From: Octopus sinensis
Taxonomy: Eukaryota
Length of the DNA: 64,000 nt
Assembly (NCBI RefSeq): GCF_006345805.1
Contig: NC_043013.1
Span: 36,828,001-36,892,000 of the forward strand
Reading direction: 5' to 3'
The position numbers and the translations under genes are program-made. Below are positions 51,148-63,910 of this stretch, in pieces (position 1 is the stretch's first letter; each line of letters starts with the position of its first letter). Below the pieces are notes generated by a model. That model was not told where the DNA came from. It did not search any database and worked only from the letters and a program-made list of their open reading frames with translations.

Positions 51148-51630
51148 ATGTGGAGTGGAGTGAAAGTGTTTGAGGTGGCCAGGGTAACAGTAGCAAGACT
51201 CAAGAGAGATTTAAAGAAGAATATTGTAATCGAGAAGGTGAATCCCAGTGACCTTTTTGTGTGCACAGTTTGCGACAGACTGCTTTTTTTCTTTTTTTTT
51301 TTTTGCTGGGCTCAAATCTCATTTGCAAACCCATGAAAAGCGAACCTCTACCAACTGTTCTACCTATATATCTGTGCACACCTTTCAGTGCCGTGTATAC
51401 CATAAGGTCTGCAACTCTAACAGGGGCCTCAGAAGACATTTTAAGATCCACAAAGATCAGAACTTAACTGCAGCTCTTGGTGGTCCAAATCAGATATGCA
51501 ATCTATGTGGGAGTCTTTTCAAAACATTGTCTGGTTTAAAAAGCTACATCAGACGCCTTGACGGATCTAAGGTGTAGTAGGTACAAGAGGTGGTCAGACT
51601 CTGCATAAGGAGTAGACAACCACTATGTAT
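51148..51630 (+). mobile_element. 5'-truncated RTE-type LINE 3' end encoding three C2H2 zinc fingers, frameshifted
   Basis: WSGVKVFEVARV..RLKR, then CTVCDR..GLKSHLQTH, CRVYHKV..GLRRHFKIH, CNLCGS..GLKSYIRR; T-run 51283-51304 shifts the frame; short 3' UTR ends in ...AGTAGACAACCACT. Confidence 0.75.
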
Positions 51631-52929
51631 GAGAGAGTTAGCGAGAGAGAGAAGGATAGGTATATGTAGATATATATGTACACTCACATGATATGTGTGT
51701 GTACATATATGTATGTGATATGTGGATGCATTTATGGTCACGTGCAGTTTTTCTCTGCTTTTCTATATCTATTTTCCTCTTGCTTGTATATGTGCCAAGT
51801 GTGTTTGTTTGTGTGAGTATGCAGAGGAATATAAAGTTACAAATGAATCTTTTGAGATGAACTAAAGCCAGATCCTTCTGTACTTTATAGAATGACAGTT
51901 TGTAATCAACAGTCAAATCCTGCTGGGTATAAGTATACGATAAGACAGCCCACGCACATACTAATTAAACAACAAACATATACACATCATACTTATATGT
52001 ATGTATACATACACACACACACACATACATACATTATACAGAACATAGAAAAACTTGATGTGTCTAATAAGAAGAGTTCATCTGAGTGAATTGCTGTTCT
52101 TATATTAATTGTGCCACACACATACTATTGGCATCATTCTCTTATGGTATTTCTCAATCTTAGAGTTTCCGATAGCACTTTCCATAATACTAGACACTCA
52201 GTGTGTCTACTCTAGGTGCCATGTCTTCATTCTCTGCCAACATGTTCTTTCATCTACTTCTGTTTTGCTCTCTATATTGTTTTATTTTTGTTCTATTTTT
52301 TCTCATTTATTATCATTGTTTTATGGGTGAGATGCAAATTATAAACTCCACAACCAGATTTTAAATTTTCGTTTGACTTGGGGAGCAATAGCATTTCACT
52401 CTCCTTAAACATCACAGCTTCCTCTTCCATCCCTCTCTCTCTCTCCCTTTCTTTCTCTCTCTCTCCTCTAAAATATCTATGTTCTCTAAACATGGGGGTG
52501 AGTAAATCAGTGGATATGCAAGAGTTTTTTATCCTTCATTAATAAAATAAGTACCAAGCAATATTCTAAGATCCGTTAAATCAACTTTGCAAATTTATAA
52601 TCCTGTGACCATCATTCCCTCATGTGTTGGACATATGTTTTACGATTTGCATGCAAAAAAGAAATTGTGCATACTGTGTTTCCAAGATGATTTTTTTTCT
52701 TTTGTTTTTAAGAAATTAATCATGTAATTTCATTATAATAAATCCAAAAGAACAAAATCTTATGTGATTTTGTCAAAATCACTATGAAATAATGCATGCT
52801 TAAAAACTGTAAACACTTTACTTAGGTGGTCAGCTTGGAATTTGAACCAATGCATGCAAGCAAATTTCTGCATGTACCTACAGCCATTTCAGTTGCAGCA
52901 ACAACAACTCATAGTGATAATAGTAATAA

Positions 52930-53505
52930 TGGTTTCAAATTTTGACAAAGTCAGAAATTTTGTGGAAGGGGCAGGGTCAATTAGATCAATCCCAGTGCTC
53001 AACTGGTATTTATTTTATTGAGCCCGAAAGGATGAAAGGTAAAGTCAAAGCTCAGCAGAATTTGAACTCAAAACAAAGACAGACAGAATACTCATTAAGC
53101 ATTTTACCTTGCATTCTAACAGTTCTGCCAGATCACTGCCTTACTCAGTAAGAATCCTTTCTACTATAGGCACAAGGCCTGCAATTTGGGGGAGAGGATA
53201 GTCAATTTCATTGACCCCAGTGCATAACTGGTACTTATTTTATTGACCCTGAAAGGATGAAAGTCAAAGTTGAACTCAGAATGTAAAGACAGATGAAATA
53301 CCACTAAGCCTTTTACCCAGTGTGCTAACAATTCTGCCAACTCATGATAATAATAATGATTTCTAATTTAGGCATGAGCAGAACAATTTTGAGAAGGGAA
53401 CGTTAGTTGATATCATTGTCCCCTAAAGAAGGATTACTATAGTTGACTTTGGTGGTTTTTAAACACAGAATGGATGGAACCAGATGAAATATTGCAAAGC
53501 ATTTA
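52930..53505 (-). mobile_element. Three head-to-tail SINE family A copies (52930-53143, 53153-53344, 53359-53505)
   Basis: Each shows the tail-to-head reverse-complement pattern of family A. Confidence 0.8.
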
Positions 53506-54162
53506 AAAAAAAATGTCTAGTGTTTTGTAGTCATAGTTTTGATTTAATTTCACTTACATCATTAAGGCTGTTTGGAAAGACTTCAGACTCTTGTTAAGAA
53601 ATGATATTGATGAATTATTATTGCTGTTGATGTAGTAGTGGTTGTTAATATTATTAATGATATTTAATTTATTTTTCTTACTACGAAGTTTTAAGTAGTT
53701 TTTATTTTAATTAGTTTGCAATTATGTTGTGTGGTTCAGCAAGAGAAGGAGAGAGTATATGTTTGTTTGTTTATTTGTTTGTTTTTCTGTATTGATTAAC
53801 CATTTGTCTTCTGTTTGCTGTGTCTTGTTCGCCTTGAAGCGATTACATTAAGCGACCTGTCTGACAAACATGTTCGATGCCAACATTTACAACTACTGCT
53901 ACGATCTGGAAGAAGCCAGACCATTTCATTAAGGCACCACTGTTTGGTTCCGATTTGATACCTCTTTCATTTGCCTTTGGAGAGTTTTAGAGATTGAAAG
54001 AACTGATGTTAGTCGTGAGCAGAGGTTTTTTTCAAAGTATAGTTGTTGGGGTGAGAGAAGTGGCTTGATATATGAGGCCCAAGGTGGGCAGTTTATGTAG
54101 TCATATGTTTTTGATGTGATAGAAGAATATTTCAAATAATACCATTGGTTCCTGAAGGAAAT

Positions 54163-54168
<6 letters not shown>

Positions 54169-54194
<26 letters not shown>

Positions 54195-54319
54195 ATTTGG
54201 CTCAAAAGCAAATAGCAAGGCCATGTAGGGAGACATGGAGTTAAGTACAGGGTGGTGTTCATGTAAAGAGTTCAGGCCACTTGAGGTCAAGGGAGGCTTT
54301 GAACAAAGCGGTCGTCGGC
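54169..54319 (-). mobile_element. Young 5'-truncated CR1-type LINE 3' end with (TAAC)n tail and 9-bp TSD
   Basis: Minus strand PTTALFKASLDLKWPELFT* (CR1 FK..LD terminus); AATGTTAGT duplicated at 54160-54168 and 54320-54328; CpGs retained. Confidence 0.8.
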
Positions 54320-54425
54320 AATGTTAGTCAAAACAAAGAGCAATCCTGGTCCAGAAGCTTGCTTATTTGTTTGTTTGGACATTCCCCATATTACAACTAC
54401 AGGCTCAGGTTATAGCATATCATAC

Positions 54426-54635
54426 TTAACCCTTTTGTTACCTTTTCTTTCTTTCTTTCTTTTTTTTTTTTGAGATGCTCTGTTTCTTTCAATTAATTTT
54501 AAATATAACAAAGGATTTAGAAAAATAACTTATTTATCATTAAGCTAGTTTTAGGAACATAGGACTTTTGAAAACAAGACATTTGTACAACAGAGCTAGA
54601 GGTAGTTTCAGCCAGGTTGATATCAAAAGGGTTAA
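54426..54635 (-). mobile_element. TTAA MITE copy 3 (same orientation as copy 2, internal deletion)
   Basis: TTAA|CCCTTTTGTTAC ... ATCAAAAGGG|TTAA; shares TGAGATGCTCTG and AAGACATTTGTAC. Confidence 0.85.
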
Positions 54636-55826
54636 GGGAATGGTAAATTATGACTGCAGATTTCAGGATACAGCCTGTAATTTCACTCTTATGAAACTCA
54701 TACATAAATACTTATACAGTGTGGGGAGGAGTTTACGATGAGCTCATTCCCAAGGTACCTATTGTTATAAAGAGTATTTCAGTTCCCACGTTTTATTTAC
54801 CTCTCTTTCCAGGTTTTTGTATGTGGATACTTTCTCAGTTTTGTTTACAGATATATTATTGTTTGTTATGACCAATGCTTCAAGTATGAATCATTTTCTT
54901 ACTTGGACCTCAGGAATGAATATATGGCCAATTAACCTTGTCTGTATGAACTGGCATATCTGAGAGTACAGTCACTTTATCATTCTCTGAGACCTTTACT
55001 GGTGTATCCTTAAACTACATCTTTCTTGTTTTGTAATTCTGGCATAGCTTACAGTTATGAAAGCTTCAATGTTGTTATACTTGTTGGTGAATTCTTCCTT
55101 GGGCAACCAGAGATAAAGTAGCATTTAATTGTTTCTTCCTAAACTCCATGTATTCTGTTGTTACTTAATGCTTTCTGCTTCATTTCATGCTTTTTGTGGT
55201 TTATTGTAAGAGAGGCTTTGATCCTGTGCCACAATCAAGAATCCTTCAATGTCAGCTTTGAGTTTTGTGCTTCTCAGCCAGTGTTGCATATTTTCATTTG
55301 TTTGTTTCCATCCTGTTAAGTTCTTCTCAGGTATTATTATTAGTCCTGTAAAGGCTTTTCTTGCCATCACTTAAACGTTGCATCCTGTAGCCCCCCCCCC
55401 CCCCCCCCGTACACAATTTAGCATTGCTTAGCTTTTATTGTTTCTTCCTTTTCCACTCATCTGCATCAGTTCAGCCTCTGTTTTGACTTTGTTGTCTTCT
55501 TCCTTCAAGACAGAAAGCAATTTTAGTTTTGTGTATATTTGTTCCTGGCTGCACAAGACCCTAGTCAGCTTGTATTCAATCTCTCTCATGTCAGATTTTG
55601 GATGCTGCATTCTGAATGAAGGTTTTGGGCGATTTTTTTTCCTTTCATCTTTCTAGCCTTGATTGTTCATCTAGCATCCAAATGAGATTATCATAACTAT
55701 AATTTATCACTAAAACAGCTATAGCATTGATGCCTGTTATCCTATAGAGCTCTGTATTAAGTATTAACCTTATGTGCCTATAATATTCTGCTGTAATCCA
55801 CTTTTTTGTGTGTGTTGCATTATTAT
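54636..55826 (-). mobile_element. Decayed R4/Dong-type RLE non-LTR retrotransposon (late RT, CCHC and endonuclease region)
   Basis: EYYRHIRLILNTEL..INAIAVLVINYSY; MQHPKSD; QHWLRSTKLKADIEGFLIVAQDQSL; downstream ISGCP and SENDKVTVLSDMPVHTDK remnants. Confidence 0.85.
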
Positions 55827-56037
55827 TTAAGGCAGCAAAACTTTTTAGCACACTGGACAAAATGCTTAGTGGCATTTTGTCCCTCCTTACATTCTGAGTT
55901 CAAATGCCACCAAGGTTGGCTTTGCTTTTCATCTTTTTGAGGTCAACGAAATAAGTACCAGCCAAGTACTGAGGTCAATGTAATCGACTTCCACCTCCCC
56001 TCAAAACCTGCTCTCTCTGTGCCAAAATTTGAGATCA
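55827..56037 (+). mobile_element. Full-length SINE family A at the truncation point of the R4/Dong element
   Basis: TTAAGGCAGC...TTAGCACACTGGACAAAATGCTTAGTGGC...GAGTTCAAATGCCACC...GTGCCAAAATTTGAGATC. Confidence 0.85.
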
Positions 56038-58069
56038 TTTTTGTTGTTGTTTTCCATTTCATGAATTATTGGGCAAACTTGTCAATTTAGTAAAATGGTA
56101 TGAATACATATGCACTCTCTCTATCTCTCTCACACACACACAAATAACGATTGTATCAACAAAAACAACAATAGGGTTTAAATACATTCTATTTCTTGCG
56201 AGATATTTGTTAATTAAGTCGCCATTATATTTTATTAAAAGATTAATACTAAACCTATAAAAGAAAATATGGAAGAAAAAAACACGTTGGCAACAACAAC
56301 AACATTAATAAAATTAACAACATTATTCACAACACCAGTATTCTGTAATCAACAATAACAATGTCATCTACAAAGGTGGATGATGATGATGATGATGACG
56401 ATGATGATGTTGATGTGATAATAACATTAACAACAGGCTACAACATTAACGAAATTAACTACAATAACAACAATGTTAAAACTACAATAAAACAAAAAAC
56501 ACAAAAACAAGACAGCATGAAATTTGAAAGGGAGAAAAAGTCTGTAACTAAAATATCTTTTCGAAACAAAACAAAAAAAAAGAAAGAATTACAGGGAAAT
56601 GAACCAAACATTTTCTAATTCATCATGATCATTATCATAATCATAATCATCGTCATCATCATCATCATCATCATCGTTATTTGTTTATTATTTTCACTCA
56701 TTATATTTCTCATTGTTTTGTTTGTTATTTATTAATTGTTGTTGTTTGTCCTATTCATATTCTAATCACGGTTTCCAACATCTTCCCAACACTGACATGG
56801 AGAGTTCTTTGTTGGTTGATTTGTTGGTTTATATTAATGCTGTTGTTTTTTGGGGGTTCTTTATTTATTTATTCATTTATTTATTTATTTTGTTGTTTGT
56901 TTGTTTGTTTTTGTCCTTTGCTTGTCTGGCTGGCTGAACTGACTGTTTGTCTGTTTGACTGACTCTTCCAATCAATTCATTGAGATTATTTGGATTGATT
57001 GCTTTCTTTCTCCCATCTCCCCCCCCCACCTCCCGTTCCCTTCCTTTATTCCTCTTCTTCTTCTTATCAACTCATCACCCATTCTCACAAACATGCTCAG
57101 TGGACTTCTGGTTTTGTACATCTTGATAGCATCTCATCATGTTCTTACTTTAGTGGTTCTATTGTCTTGATATCACTACTCTACTTAATGCCATCGGCAA
57201 CTCCTTGCTTTCTCGTAGGTGCTGTTATTTTTTGGGGATTTTCCAAGTCTACTTAGAAAGTTTATTGTTGTTGTTTATCTCCATGTCAGCTGTCACCAAC
57301 CTGGTGTATTACTTTTATTTTTTAACATTGTGTACCTTGGGTATGTATTATTCAATGTGCCCTTACTGTTTTCAAGACACTGTTTATGTAATTTGGGGAC
57401 GTTTTGACTTCTATTCCTCCTAGATTAAGCAATGGCTTAGAGCTTTCCTGGTTGGGCCATTCATTTACTGTGGTATCCATCACTAAGTTTTTGGCTTGAT
57501 AACCCTCTCTTTTTGTATTTTTCTTTTTCTTTTTCCAATCTACCCACACTTAAATGCTGGAAGTTAAGAGATCGCATATTGCAGCTCTGTTCTTCACAGT
57601 TGATCCAGTTTAATAAAATACTCCATAACATCTCTTTGCATGAGTTTCCAAGTCATGTCATCATTCTCATTTCACAACAATGTACCTTCAAGGATATGAT
57701 AAATAAAGTTAAACCATGGTGTTGATGGTAATTTTACCCAATTATATATTTTCAATGGAAGCCAGATCTCTATTTCCTTGCAGATCTGTAAATCTTGAAG
57801 GGCTTAACTGCTTCAGTTCTATTCCCCACCTTCAATAAATAAATATATAGACAAGAGATATCTAGCTGTGCTACTGAATGAATGATATATGTTTGAAAGG
57901 CTCAAGAGGGTTGGTTAGGTAGGTATATCTGGATATTTCTGTCCATTTAAGATATATATATGTAATGTAAATTAACAGAAATCTTCGCTTCAATTAAAAT
58001 GGATGTGTGTGTGTGTGTGTATTTGAAGGTCCAGCAACTTAATAGCATCAATTAAAAGCCTAAATAAGA

Positions 58070-58144
<75 letters not shown>

Positions 58145-58863
58145 CTCTTTTCGTCTCTTTCTGCCTCTAAGAATATGGTGTAGGCAAGGTGTGTAGGTGT
58201 GCAGTACAGTGGAAAGAGGATTCATGGTGATGGTGGTGGTAGTGGCGATAGGTGAAAAATGGTGAAGAGCTTGCGATGGAGACGCAGCTGTGCTTTGTTG
58301 GCAGAGAGTGCAGCAGGGGAAAGATTTCCACAAGACAAACTGCAGCAGGGAAGATTCTTTCTTCAAACCAACCACTGCCACTGCCCTCTGCTTACCCTTC
58401 TCCCCACGACCACCACCAAACACTCATTTTTCGATGCCCTCCCCTCTACCTCTTCTGTCCATCTATCCATCCATCCATCCATCCTCGCCACTTTTCATTC
58501 ACTGCCATCAGCACCACCAATACCCTTCCCTCCTTTCTACCCATTAATCAATGCTCGGTTTGTTAATTACGTTGCTACAATTTTACAATTAAGGAAATGA
58601 CTTTTTTCTTGTTGTTGCTATTGCTGCTGTTGTTGTTCGTGTTGGTATTGCTATTTTATTCTTTTGTAAAATTTTTTTTTTACTTTCCTTTTTTTTTCTA
58701 TTTTAATCCTTAACTTTCTACCTTTTTTTTTTGCATTTCATTTTTTATTTATTTAGAAATTCTGTTTTACTTCACCATTTTATCCCTTTTTTAAAATTTT
58801 TAACTACTTTTATTTTCATTCTCCTTTCACCTCTCTCTCTCTCTCTCTCTCTCATTGTCTCTA

Positions 58864-59212
58864 ATTCTCTCTTTTCCACTGCTTTACTTTCTCTTCTCTC
58901 TCTCTCTCTCTCTCTCTCTCCATAACATCTCATACCTTCTCTTTTTCTTCTCTCTGCCACTCTTTCTCAATTTATGATTTAGCTTTTCTCCCTCCATATT
59001 CTATTCATCTTTTCTTTCTCTGCCTCTCTCTCATTCTATCTCTGTCTCTTATTCTCTCTTTTCCACTGCTTTACTTTCTCTTCTCTCTCTCTCTCTCTCC
59101 ATAACATCTCATACCTTCTCTTTTTCTCTCTCTGCCACTCTTTCTCAATTTATGATTTAGCTTTTCTCCCTCCATATTCTATTCATCTTTTCTTTCTCTG
59201 CCTCTCTCTCTC
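58864..59212. repeat. Near-identical tandem duplication (period 187 bp) in a polypyrimidine tract
   Basis: ATTCTCTCTTTTCCACTGCTTTAC...TGCCTCTCTCTC at 58864 and 59051. Confidence 0.9.
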
Positions 59213-59795
59213 TCTCTCTCCCTCTCTCCTTCTCATCAGAACTTTTCCTTTATCCACTCTTCCTTATACCTCTGCCCAGTCCTCTCTTATCATATTCTTG
59301 GCAATCCTCCTCCACTTCTTTGCTCTGTCTCATTTCCAATTAACTTTTCCTTCTGTCTGTTTTTCTTTCTTTTGCTTTTATTTTATTTATTTTTAGCAAG
59401 CAAACCTTACTCATTTATTTATTTATTTATTTACTTTTTGTTGCATATGTGTATATATTATATGTGTGGATACTCTCCTATATTAATGTATGTATGTTTA
59501 TGTTTTGTACGTATATACATTCATAAGTTTCTTCATTCACCTCTTGCTATGTATTTGTTTTTGCTCTTAGCTCTATCTATTTCTTCTTTGTATGTATGTG
59601 TTTATTGGTGTATATCGAATTGTGAATATATGAATTCTTCTTGTCTGTTAATCTCTTTCTGTTCTACAGAAATACAGACACGCTAATACATATATATTTA
59701 ATCAAATTTATATATATATATATATAATAATGTGTCCAAGTGTGTGCATCTGTAGATGTATGAAAAATTGAAATATATATTTATTAAGATATACC

Positions 59796-59840
<45 letters not shown>

Positions 59841-61419
59841 TCATACACATATACACACACACATATACAAATATATTGGTTTTTACACCCTACAAGCTCA
59901 AGCACTCCTAAATGAGTGACTACACACTTATACACAAGTCTAAATTTTATTCTTTATCCTTGGGAGAAATTAACTTTCTGCACGTTAAGGGGTTGATCTT
60001 TCACGTTTCAAAGCGTGGTCGTGTAATTTGTAATTCACTGATGCAAACCACTGGTCTAGAAAACTAATTTAGGCCTTTATGAGTAGTGGTTGGTGGTGGC
60101 AGAGACAGTGATGGTGAGGGTAACGGGGGGTGGAGTAGTATAGCAGGGAGCAGGGTTGTCTTGCACACACCATCAATGCTGCTACTACTATATGAACTAT
60201 TGCCCTATGCCCCGTACTCCTACCTGATTTTGCTGTCAACACCACCATATGCATGTACACATATATGAATGCACATAAACTCCTACACAAATGCACTATT
60301 GCTTCTATTGCCACTACCATTGCAACCATTAAGATCATTATCACTTGCTGCCATCATCAATGTTACCACCGCACACATATACAAACACACACACACGACA
60401 CTGTGACCACCACTGCTTATGGCCACTGCCACCATCAACAACACTGTGGTTATCAATACACAGATACACAGGCATAGATAGCCTCTCACCCTCCCCAACT
60501 CAGCCTGATGTAGTTAATTGGCTCGAGGTCTTGCCACTATTATACACCAGCTAATTAACACTGTGGCCCTTACCAATTCACACAGAGGCTCTTGCAGTTG
60601 TTGTGTTTGCTACAGTGTCAGCATTGCACCCATTCTCTTAAACATCACTGTTCTGTCTCTCCGCCTTCCCATCTCTTTATTACGACCACCGCCACCCATT
60701 TGCAGCACATCCATTCCCCCATCTTGACTAACTCTCTCTCTCTCTTTCTCTTGAGCCCCCTCCTGGCATCGCCTCGCTGAACACTTGGAGCACTTTGTGT
60801 TTGCTGTGCTGGCAAGAATGCTAAAGCAACATAAAAAAAAACAACAAAAAAAAACAAAACAAAACAAAAACTATCTGGTATATCAGTCACGTCCATACCA
60901 TATTCTACAGTGCTGTTGTTCTATCATACCATCATACATTGTCATTCTAGCGCCAAATTATGTCATAGCTGGTACTATGCTCTGTTTATATATTTTCTGC
61001 AGCCACACTCTGAAGTACCACGGCAACGCATTACCATGCAATGCAAACCCATGTCATGTTATATATTGTCTTACCATGCATTACTGTCAGGTCATAGTAT
61101 GGTATTCAACCATTTTGCTCTCTGCTAAACCTGTCAGAACTAGTGAGGTTATCTTTTGTGGCATGATTTCTTTCTGGTACCTTACTACTGAGTTCTTTTG
61201 CCTGAAGAGAGAAAGATACTGGTGTGTGTGTGTGTGTGTTTCTTGATAGATAGACAAAACCATCTCTGTACACACGTAAAAACACATATACTACATACAT
61301 CATTTGCATAACACTGTTGTATATAGCAACATAAGTAGCAAGACTAAAGCGCATTGTCACACATGCTTGCATGTGCGCATGCATGCACAAAAGCAATGGT
61401 GTTTGTTTACAATCCTCTG

Positions 61420-61600
61420 CAAAGGCTTGTCCAGCCATTGAACTGTTTGTTGGTCAGAGGACCAGGAGAATATATTATGATACTTGGAGACAGGTAAGGG
61501 TTTTACAGCAAGAGCATTTGACCATAGAATGGTCTGCCTTATCACAATCATGTGAACCATGCAAGCATGGAAAAGCAGATATTAAAACAATGAAGATGAT
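61420..61600 (+). mobile_element. Retroposon 3' end (CATGCAAGCATGGAAAAGCAGAYATTAAA..GATGAT); related ends at ~24875 (+) and ~12070 (-)
   Basis: Shared terminal motif followed by a GAT-repeat tail. Confidence 0.6.
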
Positions 61601-61662
61601 TATATTTACAAAGTTATGCACTTGCAAAACCACATGTCTTTCTCCCATGTGATGCATCATAT

Positions 61663-61695
<33 letters not shown>

Positions 61696-61724
61696 TACAT
61701 ACATACATACATACATACATATGT

Positions 61725-61771
<47 letters not shown>

Positions 61772-62224
61772 CACACAGGCACTCACATAAAGGATATGCA
61801 ATAACTATGCATACATGTATGTGTATAAGCATAACTATATGCATACACCCCCACCTGTACTTACACCATAAATATAATATTACACGCACATACAGTTGGA
61901 GATATCCACCAAAAAAAAACAAAAAAAAAAAAAGCACATACTCGTGTACAAACAGCTGCCGTTAATATAGAAAACAGCAGCAACAACAACATCTGTAGAA
62001 CAAAACAATAGAGAACAAGACAAATAGCCACTCTGATAAGCTTATTTCTTTCATTTCTCTTTACTGTTGTTGCTGCTCTTGTTGTTGTGGTTACTATTTA
62101 CATAAGATCATTTTTCTACTGTTGTTCAAGCAAATACTAACCTTCACCCCACATATGCTGCCATACCACATCTATCTCTACCCCCCCCACTCTCTAGTGT
62201 CTGTCTGTATGTCTTTCAGTCTAT

Positions 62225-62555
62225 GTTCAATATACCTATCTGTTTGTCTGTCTGTCTTCCTATCTATCTATCTACCTACCTACCTATCTATCTATCTATC
62301 TACCTACCTATCTATCTGTCTATCTACCTACCTATCTATCTGTCTATCTATCTATCTATCCACCTACCTATCTATCTATCTATCTATCTATCTACATATC
62401 TATCTATCCATCTATCTGTCTGTCTACTTATCTGTCTACCTATCTGTCTATCTACTTGTCTATCTACTTGTCTATCTACCTGTCTATCTAACTGTCTATC
62501 TACCTGTTTGTCCGTCTGTCTTTCTTTCTGTCTACCTACCTGTCTAGCTAGCTAG
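62225..62555. repeat. Compound (TCTA)/(TACC)/(TCTG) tetranucleotide microsatellite
   Basis: Direct sequence. Confidence 0.95.
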
Positions 62556-63599
62556 CTATTTGCCTCTATCTTGTCACCATGTAGTGGTAAGTTTGAGTCA
62601 GAGAGATGGACAGAAGGAAACATGCCGAGTTGGAAGAAGATTACGAAGAACGAAAGATACAAGGGAAAGGAAATGGTGTTTGTAAAAAAAAAAAATGAAA
62701 AAAAGAGTAGAGAATGACAAAAAAAAAATTAAGAGAATTATCTTCAGTGTATGAAGTAGTACTGATATCAGTGTGCAATGACCATTTATGAAAGGTGTTG
62801 GAAATTGTTTCAGCTTACCAGGTATTTCCTGGCTGATTATAGCAGAAACTGTGTCGGTTATAAAGGAACTACCATATAACAGTTGGCAACCATAGCAAAT
62901 CTGGTCACAAGATTTTATCTCTTCAACCAATCTTGGACACTATCCAACTTTCTTTCTTTCTCTGCTTTCACCATTTTTTCCTTGTCTGTTTCTTAATTTC
63001 TAGCGATTCTTTTCCTTTTCCGTGCACAACGATTCCCCTCTTTCTCACCCCCTACCCCACCCCCATCCTGTCATCATCAGTTGTTTTGGTTGAATGAATG
63101 ACATAGTTAGGAAGAGAGAGAGAGATGTCTGTATAAGTCAAGCTAATGGTAGAGTATCTAGTGTTTGCTGGTAGGAAGGAGAGATTGGCTGAGGCTAGTC
63201 CCCCCCCCCTGCAAGAGATTCATTCTTTCTTTTTTTTTAGTTAATTTGATTGAATTTAACTCAGTAGATTTATCTGTTCACCTTTAGGGTCCACATTAGA
63301 TCTTACTTTGGGATGACATATTTTGGAACTTCTCCTAGGATGGATGGAATGTTGGGTATATATATATATATATATTAGACTACCCATGACCCATTATGTC
63401 ACTGCCGGTTCAGGTTATAAAACATTGAAGCTGATTTCGACATTGCATTGAAATGAAAGTTAATTTTATGATGATTCAGTTAAATATTTCAACTGGTTTG
63501 TGCCATCATAGGTCTGGTTTACAAGTTCATGGCTAAGGTTTTATTGATTATTTACTTCATCTAATAGAAATAGAACTTCTGGGATAAACTTGAACTCCA

Positions 63600-63910
63600 G
63601 TTACAGCATTTATTTATGGCATATGTGCACACTTCTACAAAAATGCAAAAGGAATTGTTATATAACGTAAACATAAAATTAATGGAAACAATTTTCACAG
63701 TATTATACATTCCTATTTCAGGATTATGTTACTTTCGGAGTATTTTCCCATTATGTGCCATTTTGGCTATTTATGATGGTACCCCCAAAAAACTTCATAT
63801 CTCAGGAATCCATGGTCTGATTTCAATGAAACTTGTTTTATTCCATTTGTATTCACATTTCAGGGGTGCTTACTTTCAGAGTATTTTCCCAGTTTGGTTG
63901 TATTAAATTA
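63600..63910. mobile_element. Probable non-autonomous DNA element remnant with internal ~35-bp direct repeat
   Basis: ATTTCAGG..TTACTTTC.GAGTATTTTCCCA at ~63715 and ~63857; ATATCTCAGGAATCCATGGTCTGATTTCAATGAAACTT resembles MITE internal motifs. Confidence 0.35.

Noticed and set aside
51248-51577. Host C2H2 zinc-finger gene
   Set aside because: LINE-type upstream motif and tail, frameshift and lost ligands indicate a retroelement fragment.
62606-62680. Charged frame MDRRKHAELEEDYEERKIQGKG
   Set aside because: Purine-rich low-complexity sequence running into A-tracts, with no credible splice boundaries.
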